Shown one piece after another: positions 44,701-50,765 of a stretch of DNA of 64,000 bases. The translations under genes were made by a program, and so were the position numbers. The stretch spans positions 1,217 to 65,216 of the IMG/VR virus record IMGVR_UViG_3300021602_000008, one strand, 5' to 3'. Position 1 is the first letter of the stretch, and each line of letters opens with the position of its first letter. The notes under the pieces were generated by a model that saw only the letters and a list, made by a program, of their open reading frames with translations, did no database searches and was not told the DNA's origin. This DNA comes from a virus. Its lineage: Duplodnaviria; Caudoviricetes.

Positions 44701-46579
44701 TAAGGATTGGAAGAGTGGTTTGACACAATATTTGACAAAGTTTTCTTCTGGAGGCGAGATCTATGATTTTGTTGCACAATCTAAGGAAAACAATCCAAAC
44801 AAGATTTCTGATCATTTCATGTTTCAGGCAGGTGCTGGCATATTTGGATCACAATCACGTGAACAGATCATTGGACTCAAGAGCAATAGGGATAATGGCA
44901 ATATCGAGGTAATTGGAAATACTGATTCTGAGATTGCAGCTAACCTACAGAAAAATCAAAGTGATGTTGAGCAGAATCTTGAGACATTGATGTACTATTT
45001 TATGATGAATCATCATACAAAAGAGGCTCTTGACAAGGTAATGCCTGTACATTATGCTGCATTGAACATTATCCATAATTTCGAGCAATCTGAAGGCAAG
45101 GCATTGCCAAACCTAAAGGCTTATATACAGGCTTTCACAAAATTCATCGTTAAGGGTGAACGTGATCAAAGTGATGCTAAAATAATATTACTTGGAACAG
45201 ATTCTGAAGGCAACAAGAGATCCGTCAAGGTTGATGACCTGATAAATAATGTAAGTGGATTCACTGCAACAATGGCAATTGGATTGAATGTGTTTGCAGA
45301 TACCAAGAATTTCATTACAAATAATCTGAACATTATGTCATTTGCCAATTCGAATTCATTGGCAAAAAGTAAAACCTTCTTTAGTGTGGATAATGTGAAT
45401 CATGCAATTAAGAAGATATCATCTAATAATGGAAAGAAATTGGCAATGCATATTGGATGGATATATCGTTCTTCTGGAATGGATCGTAGTAGTATGGCGA
45501 ACAATAAACGTTTTTCCGATACATCAAAAACTATTGGTAATTTCTATTCTACATATGGACAATTTGCGGGTGATTATCAGGCACGGACACTTGTATGGAT
45601 GGCACAAATGGATAAATTAGGATGTCTTGATGCACATTCAATTGGAAAAGATGGTGAACTTGTTTATGATGAAAAATTGGATAAACGTCTTTATGATTCC
45701 AGTGGTAAACTAACTGAAAATGGAAAGGCATTAAAATTCAAATTGCTAAATGATCTTTTTGATGAAGGTGTTTATGATGGGCCAATCACGGAAGACGCAA
45801 AACTTCCACGGGCACTTAATGCAGAATTAATGGAAGGTATCAAGACCATGACTGACAAGTATATCATGGGTGGAGGTTACAATGATGCTTCAAGAAATCC
45901 TGCAGATGCACATTCATTTGGGAAGTTGTTGCTTACTATGAAACGGTATATTACAGATAAAGCACAAAATGTATGGTCAGTACAATCAGGAAAACAATCT
46001 GCAATGGGCGACTATATTTTTGTTGATAAGATGGTAAATGGAAAAATGACCAAGGTTGCTATTTATGATGGAATTGAGATGGAGGGCATATTGAATTCCT
46101 TTGGTGAATTGTATAAGGAATGCAAGCGTATTGGGAAAGGTGATTATTCTGGGTTTAAGGAAATGTGGAATGCACAAGGTGATGTAAGGAAATTAAATGT
46201 TGTCCAAACATTGCATAATGCTCTTGTAGTTGCAGCATTCATGTCATTGGCTCCCGCGATATTCGGTGATGATGATGATGAACGCAATAAGAGACATGAT
46301 GCTTTTATGAGAACAAAAATGTTCCGTTCATTGCAATATTCATTTGCTGATTTGATTTCAGGAATAAATCCAATGGAGTATTATGGTGCCATACAAGAAC
46401 CAATATTTGCTATCAACAAGATAGGGCAAGTTGGTGAATCGTTATATGCACTTGGAACATTAGATGCCCATAAGATAAATCTTGCTGCAGGTCATATGTC
46501 TGGAATGTATTCTTCAATGCAAGCTGCATATAATACTGTTACAGGTGAAACAAATGATTCCAACAAAAAGAGTAAGTAA
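26768..46579 (+). CDS. Giant virion polyprotein: membrane-like N-terminus, SF1 helicase, virion RNA polymerase, zincin metalloprotease
   Basis: 6603-aa uninterrupted ORF; helicase motifs GYAGAGKTT (30929), IVDEAS, CDPSQL, AKGLSF, AVSRAK; RNAP motifs RIP and GSDYDID (DYDID 39272-39286); zincin HETIH (42434-42448) with downstream EFMSE. Confidence 0.88.
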   Translation: MTPPPTPPLNPSNIQTPTITPAPKKLDYMGLRLSGVDNNSILDYSAKTNQVPTMLSKEDAWSKYGESVYGNDKMKFGLAYDSSNEAYNAYNTSVHEGTMQKVQYRSNDAIPSNVSTPFSRMEHGYSNFAPPTSQKTIDDRFIGSATGAYTQIKSDEIFADGRNIVSTKDGNVSKDEYYRNQLHRMSGGTDKTSDVWFNSALFAGTMGLAKQDESAHMLALDYDEQGLPIWRDKSLTESLKGSTIRSAWGSRTMHNNWFEDIGGTAVNEFVTNVPSIFGSLAETGMYLVKGQVIDPYLAHSGISPKEQKSFDEGFANNPLMRWANIAQNVSSAGYFNESQNQQRGLEGTSGRMIGGAIGMMLQAVATGGIGEVGGLLKGGIGLSDEAFQLSAKIAIDEGKSPLIAELHSIARQGITKNVSERLNRGFFTIAMADGFHQGAKEMGISPEKAAMGYLGSAVTTYALMGIGHKWFSPATSSMITRQSTESSMKDIVKETFMDYSKKMFPDVAPAELTGTQIDAVVKETSKGVFRKMAEAAKKGGNALLNGRIVPVSNIASATSEMGLIHMANNSIQIMQDYYSKYAGDDTSGIDGMYGDVNENVFSRITNGLGGALENGLLMGAISTGIHFYKGGKLMSPQEQSRRMTLGDATVNNMLPELEKTADAMYKNGEIGAHWANAKTGEVIRDGEIDPQTGVRPTSIADESYSNFKQDIRNYKKIYDESGLKKWNDSATKDKYIKKSGTENLDAHTSKMLDELVDPNMLAREGIEHAVNIRDLNKKLVDAKTDLEKSTIKKQLDIANEKLNDIITDKRSNEIIRDGIVRDYIADTNKAYDYGSSGVKEAIALQKKEGFHKVVDVFNTSVSNGIAKFLNDKNDAEETMGNAISQIKEITSSISKGNNEKIVKVASDLVKTGSVAAAEHLANLNNGIKAAAEKHINETISDIKAKHPEEVKNVEVDPEDEPMDTLEEHIRLLPDSAKGEFKSRFDDIHSALGIANNIANMKPEARTQEQVKTEAFLSSNVGTSQDPILKSFESSIKDFKESNLSTIQDAHLVAIKLEEVQSRILAMLLNKEAYSKLSDSTSGLNDVNRAPDSYYDEENKDSVISKLNDYKNQLLDIVQKSSIASESARLDNEANVKIGFINNANRVNSQIIENLKNFYPDNAIILGTHKTIDEFNNLVKQISDIKTAAGTNEDGTSKITFEDTKKVYDIHDRLLESIAKMESQIHIAFKTIKGSAETIHTVFFKEGIEGNYSYDPGFGGLTDVNYIQWEPETFDKTGTRLFPLYNSSQAYHEVRTGESNCLPAAKAYLYKTVSEHLHRIMRISSKEFLDNYKNYIDRNVKLDPKYIVPSFEQRQAIHTLVAFMNDSNNLYVDHPNKTQFVRDQINVLGYAGAGKTTLVVPSAIHVFRDILESRESKSSDSLKLVGTAPSNPQITNLSDAFKSSGLKDSCTFTTIDDILNEKGILSKEKPSFLIVDEASELNAEELAKMTSIARDNGIKIIHVCDPSQLGDIKDRLEEKERSSQIPDVMYNRESTTPIVDVFRSGVFDISRLQQQYRDVSLYANGKQVSLLQTQYTVDSGGRTRSGVVLRGYDSKTISEQMGKFASDLKTDGVIRTGTVMIVANDSDRLSVIDELSKNHGIDRKIAENAVKTIIRGEFTAKGLSFPRVYVNIDKEKLGPDYNKAQLTAVSRAKEFADVVTDVPTNSLPGSREVSQLIDENADYIKLEDERKQKYALSEQSRLSSMSEALKGIDVPKSNVSVKSTKVTSNKKTVSQDDFEVGKKYKASNGDIVTVESLIANDDGFFHVKLSGYDKPFSPLGIHSLGLVKIVNARKGSILRTRVDKWENKKNNFSVGGLVRDENNVTVRISSIAVDAKGNYYFKISGSDKEITKTQFLKKYKSFKANDITIFNTHSDNSATEEMLFATKSIQNHKNGLSTYSSATNPFGRKNIMDSNMQVLHDRIKMLVLNKSGAFNGYSKLMLKRTYHQSIELNGKMMNDVVTVSLDLADNAMRDYLGKQLKNNNIPVTDENLRRFAIMGTMFMPNDKANHDFNGEYKAPVTKLIGETDDQFTDRVAYEKYKFDIRKKAYQSNEKVVDLGYVAMKSATPGNVNYNNGSTNGKVAFSKMSDLLKDHVATSKGGKIYKSGNVYFYEPIFIDNPDKLDFTVNSPSLKGNGKFEPGYYLMYSHDETMTNIGMVKLRSQNLSNAELQKTQQILRERFDLNKSNAEGSPSQGKFWEPINNFVSGNRYAFFSAPSKEGGEWKINPLFTEEGLKKAAAKTMSPQEIAEKYDGIGDLVAMKIDKKTTPGKATARFNFKYFDGNYGGKVTDLDNVSIERKSNALADAIKIYTESKQNVALRDFALIDPTNSHIAEKDFNKLEANIAGFNMPQILTSSDSIANETSKNSKVDITNAPPADPDEANVRFDFESHSSTSKEFEEHIDFVPSETKDQRQADSIENVSNETTSNSIPVEKEEISRNKRAQDFGKLLDIFDNNQYKINEILLNIGGGIVDLSSYSRKIFPKRYEWNAAVNRYYERLTFQDGTLKNKKYIVVRDGAEQTVGIDDLRYTDSSSISNANTSRSMLSDYIVHQLSKEENFEKFIKKIFPKAILFTDAVAKEIPMSDFAQQLKGAVTNILSDKDESSSQSSIQIGNDLKAPSFSDHVRLILGSIRLNSYDIKDDGSRKMNTRGTAFINVGSAETLLINASRIARSKNVGNPDRDSMREIGKVIKQMAIAGMPGNRLTNLAWSVYDSIFNDSEHFENKESATLGLATADMVRPDGDISYTMWAKYPSMVHEFLSDVDNTKFDLDEQIIPKSIDMHTVLSAIHYNYDSIVQKNVSEIILNRDNSAYVRQRHGNDLVKIKEGIKTAFRNGMFDFVETESGKTGELKPQKKQMLFDTFKVTFMPPNGNKAVTSIFTQDEINEALAFGIKIDPKNITKQGIIAGYRNTASGLSQLMPDGELIPLISYDKNGARLNPSFNVDTANSLLKFLNLGWKHISPKTIDAFLQEKDSHNSIKMNSAIEGVLNTKLSDGGINRNKFAEIIKTWMDQLTDKNIKKQHINSVISTDSEEANSSFVGDGINDESETIGSADVKHWLLDDIAAIQSYSRASTGSEKSITIGGERIYLETKGSAFDYQFGGFTDKISADDGIKSEFSFKFAAAQDPDASAYYAPGYDEAGNKTGRFLNPFLDKNNKDLVLKSYTRMAYLTKGSKTIPVSKMQNKEYLNAMINAFFIDNIVQFEHSGSKNVKLIDGGRNYHLPTSNMADTHTPIVMNFETSIEHAPLRITVKDGEYNASVNWDTVSQNIIDLFTVRERHSTKALGTMESIFRQNIDPTIARSYDELAMKKENRIFNERSVSPEFLQRMIDDHINTPGHANEFLSKLKEGYAEVYSHYKFVRSSKEGENDRILLGNDANMEFTNIKGELVDDVFTMENHREIAELAKIDDIKTRNMLVEMKMKKILSKRMNGFVDHMVSTGIKVNPVTEKFFQGDKSGLGSVRPFKKAPKDSMKIGYETNDIHNPNEQKKMLYMNPFYEAYYLSWLTHNAHVSEITGGNPFAQSGWEELGKRNYSLLTPGNHLDVTNPNGIGRYSQYAIIDDSVATNDVVRFLTDTSPSQSRVQNTDGWQLKLSAHAWLEYISSGNGNGSITKENINGSQKHIYNDIDLLTGQRRLIKSSALMTAAQRKHSLYIRDLEKRMLGPELYSKLVEFNFDDEKLAHYIIDNNLQETYTAALVPKSSFKLAGDSPINSVDANGFQTFRTDNSKHLIILDANKDYKDDSSKMQHQLLNTMFDGPQNKELANRVKTAQASIVDYRLNKMIDKVKDKYDGNWGAYLKDLGKESAQNMGLLTNFVNIITDSGFSIHSPGIAERIRPLLIQQLNDMIKPEFNTGGSHVQAPGDFIDMMDVNENIRPDNALFLKQGQSFTKFDYDKNIEMWKKNGVDENSFTPRTGLHYTRHFTKDGIDIESLVAQESRDNPNWKPSVEERNHLISQIHSSKSAEAIIQFKDPKKFGFSLKKENPLYYKNFSVNDIMTIHLSDGRLIRYDHLGDTVEERMTNLKSLIPDIDFTNSVGAGIVMKDLVSKGEIKLPTEATASVESNTNQIDPEKLFPAIKDYYEGFHNYLDNIMSRIPASSSGSGNKYRTVDFSHETTNIAFTSSKKNVIDGSDYDIDELHSIGKFVGNMGKSDIIGDDGKVIDSDKMNMNVIVNSMFDYYDNTLNVINYTTPITTNTIQDIISNLKLDERGKNEVSKFINDFTSNSKQFASYQAGANVTGILASAIRTTIYLNNAYADVKGNHFKMVFRGSVFGGKTFTRFTDKDGNALLDNGQYKITWLGQLLQSAVDNNQLDQLGKIMINPSTSNMVTALCAVGADPENSIRMLTHGTTRMVLRDFMVGQGLGDMARNKYHVVESWNVMFNSYQERMSDIQNDAELSAEDKNAQMIDITEAFRKAAWLGNRSIPVTKLKSYVTEEGYDASKSNDEDISDETFTSDDSMYYDEDKNYEGGYDDTVDSFSNRDEKGNLIHKQVTNYNFSKVDDWIEKKKNDIADIHQLMVMSDAMGSLSRALSIAGSKGIRSNSFELYQYMNDLNETRGKKRDFLESRPTKPMVNGMELPTEIHMGSKDIPSEKAIYDDNFEKMRKFIDFNRVLNHSQNITSYLKLLDFSQDVLSKSIIYENPIIKQGVLNRSRSMFNQDRIWTKENYNKIFGSVNNLLTNMYINEKYSSGAFDKRNMSSQIDSNGKLIGELYISSPIERSCFLSQITSLMDDIIANPEKFNKNNPSAISDNIAIQNMMVNTGKNMDKYIIMHDSMNYSDSTKSMITDAFKRLDDAVGFNLTERLAMYQLIKNSFMFHQGDLTDFLPNEHMKDFDQWLAKKANVLSSGQGSEFDALSKQINDRLDNIAIQFQPKKHPLTKPIPGFKDTNFGHDYVEDADETGYGGKIFANSREKNNGNELYKLSSDYPDFIVTHVHDAGQHNGDGARRILQLNRETMEYKPVYNKYKIYTNSWESDALTSMRTLSELPNHSINELLTNANHELRIKVPTRSYYKNGEYQLNGILVNVQRDGKSHIFISVPLNKSAIDFELSNHDIDSYIPDYADKTTDEKISQDHIIKQTIYDNATTKMEALESIAQHSIREPFRLLAQAISESDYAGKLESGKYDHVDGSHPLLSSVGNVANSRTAETPTEINRTVGGYYNPDSDHIVINSTKVNSARSFERVFLHETIHNVMHDVFRKSKSELNEMELEFVDKVDQMRAKMQTYLAKNKLMYEVNGIKYAFASHNAFKNSKEFMSEAFSSPLIQEQMLRVESLEPKKTGRISIWNDFVNSVKDFFSNSMGSKVEYSIFEELVHTNRDFIFEKSRNADYPFTFDGVGDAFSKNEIEFSVDEHKQGDYHEPVGKLDNEKDLIIAMSGADFSDRNADKIGTMKSLSQFARKLDDGKFEYVTTSGKSYKINNPSDTSELEKIAERIIKDRDAYEPIMRENVLDYIVKRSDRILDQNLERNRDVIDRNFKVYPNDSVVLFDDIKKTIPTMSFFSSNFNPIITSSINDGVKYISIQDITNKNLNMKLVHSNTEQHIADILLRNEKDVTNNMNLRLSKTEGGMRKFNVILSAMLMKAHDPSIVFDNLFVAKLGGQAEVHGVEISDYIDEMKTILTNKSVYDNLPVEIRNAIDSKGFFDTETYGQNYVKSLINSYTETKEMYHQLYEMGEHGAYGKEQEYSKFLDKIHPQTVGNDLTTRDIERLIKERINFITDKFNGNEQLMNNDKNYGPEMSHLSKALRYIQTDGSKLSDAKMGVDLWNIDKMWKMSYNVMHPIMQWYRKEVMQGINTALNNFMNKFRSQFTIELDKFNESYSKSAMDVLVDRGYKRFDKLFIKGRAVSKAGVHDVNTYNIHYSYINENGIDQTPQVTKDAIATGKLSKKEAEFGGFIVKSIKDSMIKRMMNNGLEQPAAREWYNNNWTDGRMPVMSRRASEKIFTKDWKSGLTQYLTKFSSGGEIYDFVAQSKENNPNKISDHFMFQAGAGIFGSQSREQIIGLKSNRDNGNIEVIGNTDSEIAANLQKNQSDVEQNLETLMYYFMMNHHTKEALDKVMPVHYAALNIIHNFEQSEGKALPNLKAYIQAFTKFIVKGERDQSDAKIILLGTDSEGNKRSVKVDDLINNVSGFTATMAIGLNVFADTKNFITNNLNIMSFANSNSLAKSKTFFSVDNVNHAIKKISSNNGKKLAMHIGWIYRSSGMDRSSMANNKRFSDTSKTIGNFYSTYGQFAGDYQARTLVWMAQMDKLGCLDAHSIGKDGELVYDEKLDKRLYDSSGKLTENGKALKFKLLNDLFDEGVYDGPITEDAKLPRALNAELMEGIKTMTDKYIMGGGYNDASRNPADAHSFGKLLLTMKRYITDKAQNVWSVQSGKQSAMGDYIFVDKMVNGKMTKVAIYDGIEMEGILNSFGELYKECKRIGKGDYSGFKEMWNAQGDVRKLNVVQTLHNALVVAAFMSLAPAIFGDDDDERNKRHDAFMRTKMFRSLQYSFADLISGINPMEYYGAIQEPIFAINKIGQVGESLYALGTLDAHKINLAAGHMSGMYSSMQAAYNTVTGETNDSNKKSK

Positions 46580-46593
46580 AATGACTATTTTCA

Positions 46594-46601
46594 TATCTTT
46601 G
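46594..46601 (+). promoter_or_regulatory. Bacteroidetes -7 promoter element (TAnnTTTG)
   Basis: TATCTTTG in the 38-nt gap after the vRNAP gene. Confidence 0.5.
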
Positions 46602-46617
46602 ACAAACACATAAGAAA

Positions 46618-48663
46618 ATGACCTGCTTCTCATCTTCATCATGTCCCGATCAAGGCATCTACTTTGCAGATGGCTTTGTTCCTTCGATTATCATTCCTTC
46701 TTCATGCTGTGATCCGGCTACAGATGGTGCAACAGTTGAATTTACGGTAACCGGAATCAACAATCAATCAGGACCTATCTATATCGATGGGACTGCAGGT
46801 GGATGTGGCACATCGTCATCTCCATGCATTGATCCATTCTCTTATCCGCAACCTGATAATATCAGTATTGTCAGTTATACGTTAGGTGCAATTGCCGTTG
46901 GGGATCCATTCAGTGTGGTGATAAGTTTCACCTATCCAAAGTGTGGATCCTATGCAGATCCAAACACTTTCCTGAACATTTATATCTCATCAGCAGGATT
47001 TGAGACATGTTGTAAATTGACAGTTCCAATCAGTGTGGATTGTTCAGACAGATCACCTTTTACGATTACTCCAGTTGGCAAGGTACTTGACTTTGATGCA
47101 TGTGTAAGTGAATGTTCAACACAGACATTTTCCTTTACCAATGATGGATGTGTATCGCGTCATTATGTGATTACAAAGGCTTGCACATCAATAGGCATGG
47201 CGATTACCGAAGAAACCATTACGGTTGATCCTGGTAATTCTTCAGCACTATTGCCTGTTATTTATTGTCCAATGGAAACGGAAAGTGGTATTTGTACCAT
47301 TACCATTACACCTATGACAATTCCTGATCCTTTGGATATTGGAGGTATCAGTTTTCCATGTGGAGATCCCCAATCAATCACTATCAATTACAATGGTCAT
47401 TATACCTATGATTGCATTGATGGGGTATGTACCATAAACGATATATGTTCAGGTAAATATGCTTCATTGGAAGAATGCCAAGCCAATTGTGTTCCTTCAA
47501 CTCCTCCTGCAACACTATGTCTCAATTGCAACTATACGATTGCAATCAACGGAGTGACACAGGAAAGCACTTGTGATAAGATCTGTGCTTCTGTAGGACA
47601 GGAAGTATGTGTGGTAAAGAATATAGGATTCCCTACGCGTGCATTCACGATAATGGATGTCATTACACGATTTGATACATTCGTCATTGATGGTGAATGG
47701 TCAGGTTTCAATGAGGGTGTGACGTTTGTTGTTACAGGAAGTCCTGCAGGTTGCAATGATGGTACATGGACAGTTCTTTCAAGTTCATATGATCCTATTA
47801 CAAATACAACCTCAATCATAACAAATGAGAACATTACATGTTCTGATATTGGTGGAACGATTACCGTTACACAGAATGTCGATTGTCCACGTAATGTCCA
47901 TTTGAATATTGTCAATTCAGTAAGTGGTGAGGTAATTATTGATGCTGATGTTGCCCTTGTAGGTAATTGGGCATATGTGAATTACTGCTTTACCATATCA
48001 TCTTTTGGTGATTATGTAGTTACCCTTAGTGCAAGTGATTGTTTTGAAAGTTACACATGTCAACATACCATTGCAGGTTGCCAACAGTATTCAATTACAA
48101 AAACTGATTGCCACAAGTATCTCATTCAGGACAACGCAAACCCTGCTTCCGGAAAGATCGACACCGTGACGGTAAGTAACCTTGACGGGAGTTATGTCGC
48201 AACTTATACCATTGATTTTTCAACAAGTATGAGCGTAGAGGTCACATTACCTGAAGATGGAGTTTACACGGTTACCATAACAGATAACCTTACATCGAAT
48301 TCATTCCAGGATGTGATTTTTGACCTGTGTGATTTGCTTGTGTGCAGTAAGAAACTGATACTTGATATTTTCTGTAATGAGAAAGATCCATGTTGTAAGG
48401 AATGTGATCAAAAACGCATCAATGCGATGAAGCTTCAGCGTGCAGAGGTAAACAAGTTGATAGCCTTGACAGGAACATTACTTGCCTATATCAATCGTCA
48501 GAAGATAAACTACATGGGTATCTTCACCATTGATCAAACGAGAAGTCTTGACCTTACAATGATCATGGACATCTTTACCAAGATAAATACCATCACGGAC
48601 CGTTGTGGCGAGTGCAAGAAAGCCATGCCTTCTGCAACATCATCAATCTGCAAAACCTGCTAA
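46618..48663 (+). CDS. Very Cys-rich structural protein, possible tail hub with beta-sandwich extensions
   Basis: 681 aa with about 45 Cys; Ig-like Thr/Val/Ile repeats; helical Cys-rich C-terminus ending CKTC. Confidence 0.6.
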   Translation: MTCFSSSSCPDQGIYFADGFVPSIIIPSSCCDPATDGATVEFTVTGINNQSGPIYIDGTAGGCGTSSSPCIDPFSYPQPDNISIVSYTLGAIAVGDPFSVVISFTYPKCGSYADPNTFLNIYISSAGFETCCKLTVPISVDCSDRSPFTITPVGKVLDFDACVSECSTQTFSFTNDGCVSRHYVITKACTSIGMAITEETITVDPGNSSALLPVIYCPMETESGICTITITPMTIPDPLDIGGISFPCGDPQSITINYNGHYTYDCIDGVCTINDICSGKYASLEECQANCVPSTPPATLCLNCNYTIAINGVTQESTCDKICASVGQEVCVVKNIGFPTRAFTIMDVITRFDTFVIDGEWSGFNEGVTFVVTGSPAGCNDGTWTVLSSSYDPITNTTSIITNENITCSDIGGTITVTQNVDCPRNVHLNIVNSVSGEVIIDADVALVGNWAYVNYCFTISSFGDYVVTLSASDCFESYTCQHTIAGCQQYSITKTDCHKYLIQDNANPASGKIDTVTVSNLDGSYVATYTIDFSTSMSVEVTLPEDGVYTVTITDNLTSNSFQDVIFDLCDLLVCSKKLILDIFCNEKDPCCKECDQKRINAMKLQRAEVNKLIALTGTLLAYINRQKINYMGIFTIDQTRSLDLTMIMDIFTKINTITDRCGECKKAMPSATSSICKTC

Positions 48664-48664
48664 C

Positions 48665-49165
48665 ATGAGTTGTGACCTTCTTATTCCATATGATTCAAGT
48701 TGTTGTGACACATCAATAGTTCCTGATGAATTACAACAGATCACTGCCGACTATTATGGTTGTGCAATGGGAAAGATCACTGATTACATGGATCTATTCT
48801 ATGCTGCAGAGGTATTCGGTAATGATGATAGTAGTGAGGAGTTTGCAAATAGCATCAATGATTTTCATTATTTATACGCATACCTTGTAATGATGTATTG
48901 GGAACGCATGGAGGATTCGGCAAACAATCCTCCTTGCTACTCAGATAAGGGTGTACCTTTTTATGTTACAGAATATAATCTTGTATGCATCAAGAAATAC
49001 TTTGAATGCAAGAATACTGATATTACAACCCTTCTAAATGCATTTGGACTTGTTATTACAGGTAAACCTGATGGCATAAATTTCATGTCTTTGGAGAGTG
49101 CCTTTCCTACAACACCTGATTGTCTTGATGATGATGAGATTTTCATAGTAAACAAACCGATCTAA
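48665..49165 (+). CDS. Cys-rich protein, possible second tail hub subunit
   Basis: Likely start at ATG 48665, one nt after the previous stop; 8 Cys; C-terminal GINFMSLE....FIV motif common in crAss-like tail proteins. Confidence 0.55.
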   Translation: MSCDLLIPYDSSCCDTSIVPDELQQITADYYGCAMGKITDYMDLFYAAEVFGNDDSSEEFANSINDFHYLYAYLVMMYWERMEDSANNPPCYSDKGVPFYVTEYNLVCIKKYFECKNTDITTLLNAFGLVITGKPDGINFMSLESAFPTTPDCLDDDEIFIVNKPI

Positions 49166-49175
49166 AACAAACAAC

Positions 49176-50321
49176 ATGCCTTCTCCAAGATTCCTACGCA
49201 ATTTCTTCTTTCTCATAACGGGTGCACCAGGGGTGCGTTTCCGCAAGTTTGATAAGCCAACTGAGGCTACATTCAAACAATTGTTTGATTCAACAGGTTT
49301 CATCAAGGAAAAGGATGATACGGCAAAAACTGTTGACCAAGGATTTGTTAAGATCGCACAAGATCTTGTTGTTCAATCGAGAAATAGCACGCCCGATTCC
49401 GATGGCTTTACAAAGACTGTAATTCCACACCAACTTCCATTTGTTTACAAGGATCCTAACTTCCCATTTACAGGGATAAGTGTTACAGGTAATGTAAACA
49501 TGGTTAATCGTACAGGTGGTTCAGGACTTGATTTCTTTGTTCGCAATACCATGGCTATCTCATCACCTGATGGAAGTATTGTAGTAACACAGAATAATCC
49601 TGGTGAGAATGTACTTCTTCATGTGAACACATTGGTATTGCCATTGAGCAAGGTAAAGGTTAATGTCAATGATCCAACAGACAGTTATCTTGAGGATTCA
49701 TTTGAAAGCACTACAACATGCCGTCTTGGTATCGCTACGCGACCTGATAACGAGAAACTTCAATTAACCTATCGTGATAAGGTACGTGAGATGACCATGT
49801 ATTCTGGAACCAATGTGCAATTTGCCATTGATTTTCCCGGAAACATCGGTATGGGATGTTGGGCAGGTTGGGTAATGGCTGATGGTGGTACTTATGCTAA
49901 TTCATCTTCGATTCCTGTTACCGTTCAGGATATGCGTGGTGTATTCCCTGTAGGTTACTTTCCTGCGGGCCTTTATCCAAATATCCAATCCAATGTTGAT
50001 AGTGGTGCATTGTCAGGAGAGATATCACATTCATTAACTGCTGCAGAAAATGGGGTTCATAATCACGTAATCAGTCCCATTACAACAAGCAATGCAGGAT
50101 CACATACACATGCACATTACTTTGGTTATGATAAAACAAATGATGCAGGCTCCCAATCAAGTCTTAATTGCGGTGTCCCTTCTGATTGCACATTGGAAAC
50201 TGCAAGTGCAGGTGATCATGACCATACCATTTCAGGTGTAACAGAAAATTCAGGTAATGCAGATGCACATGAGAACAGACCTCCATTTAGTGTAGTTGCA
50301 TTTGTTGTTTATATTGGATAG
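49176..50321 (+). CDS. Tail fibre with tail-collar domain and His-rich (HxH) tip
   Basis: KPTEATFKQLFDS N-terminus; GWVMADG...DMRGVFPVG collar motif; HNH/HTH/HDH triplets and HENRPPF end as in gp12-like fibres. Confidence 0.75.
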   Translation: MPSPRFLRNFFFLITGAPGVRFRKFDKPTEATFKQLFDSTGFIKEKDDTAKTVDQGFVKIAQDLVVQSRNSTPDSDGFTKTVIPHQLPFVYKDPNFPFTGISVTGNVNMVNRTGGSGLDFFVRNTMAISSPDGSIVVTQNNPGENVLLHVNTLVLPLSKVKVNVNDPTDSYLEDSFESTTTCRLGIATRPDNEKLQLTYRDKVREMTMYSGTNVQFAIDFPGNIGMGCWAGWVMADGGTYANSSSIPVTVQDMRGVFPVGYFPAGLYPNIQSNVDSGALSGEISHSLTAAENGVHNHVISPITTSNAGSHTHAHYFGYDKTNDAGSQSSLNCGVPSDCTLETASAGDHDHTISGVTENSGNADAHENRPPFSVVAFVVYIG

Positions 50322-50324
50322 AAT

Positions 50325-50762
50325 ATGGGAAACATATCTCAGCATTTTGATCTTGAAGAATTCATTGATCCTGTTACCTTTAAGGAATTAGGAGGACGTT
50401 CCATATTGAAAATTGACAGTAAATTGATAAATATTGCTGAATTGGTACGTTTTTATTGTGACAAGGCAGTAATGATAAACAATTGGAATACTGGAGGTGA
50501 TCATAAGGAATCCGGACTTAGACGGCTTGAATCAAAAATAGGTGCATTACATTCAGCACACAAGGAAGGTAAGGCTATTGATTTCCGTGTTGTAGGAATG
50601 ACACCTGAACAGGTACATGCCATCATAATGGCCCATGAAAAGGATTTTTATAATGCAGGTGTGCGACAAATGGAAGACCTTTCTTTCACTCCTTCATGGA
50701 CTCATTTGGGTATACGCGGAAAAGACAATACCCAATCTAAAATACAAATCATAAAACCATAA
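50325..50762 (+). CDS. Endolysin, peptidase M15 family
   Basis: HFDLEEF start, SGLR, SAHKEGKAID (SxH..G.A.D) and WTH zinc-ligand motifs. Confidence 0.85.
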   Translation: MGNISQHFDLEEFIDPVTFKELGGRSILKIDSKLINIAELVRFYCDKAVMINNWNTGGDHKESGLRRLESKIGALHSAHKEGKAIDFRVVGMTPEQVHAIIMAHEKDFYNAGVRQMEDLSFTPSWTHLGIRGKDNTQSKIQIIKP

Positions 50763-50765
50763 CCT

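Noticed and set aside
39796-45393. Perfect DnaA boxes TGTGGATAA at 39796, 42511 and 45385
   Set aside because: They are kilobases apart inside coding sequence (Val-Asp codons) and not clustered like an origin; chance is a sufficient explanation.
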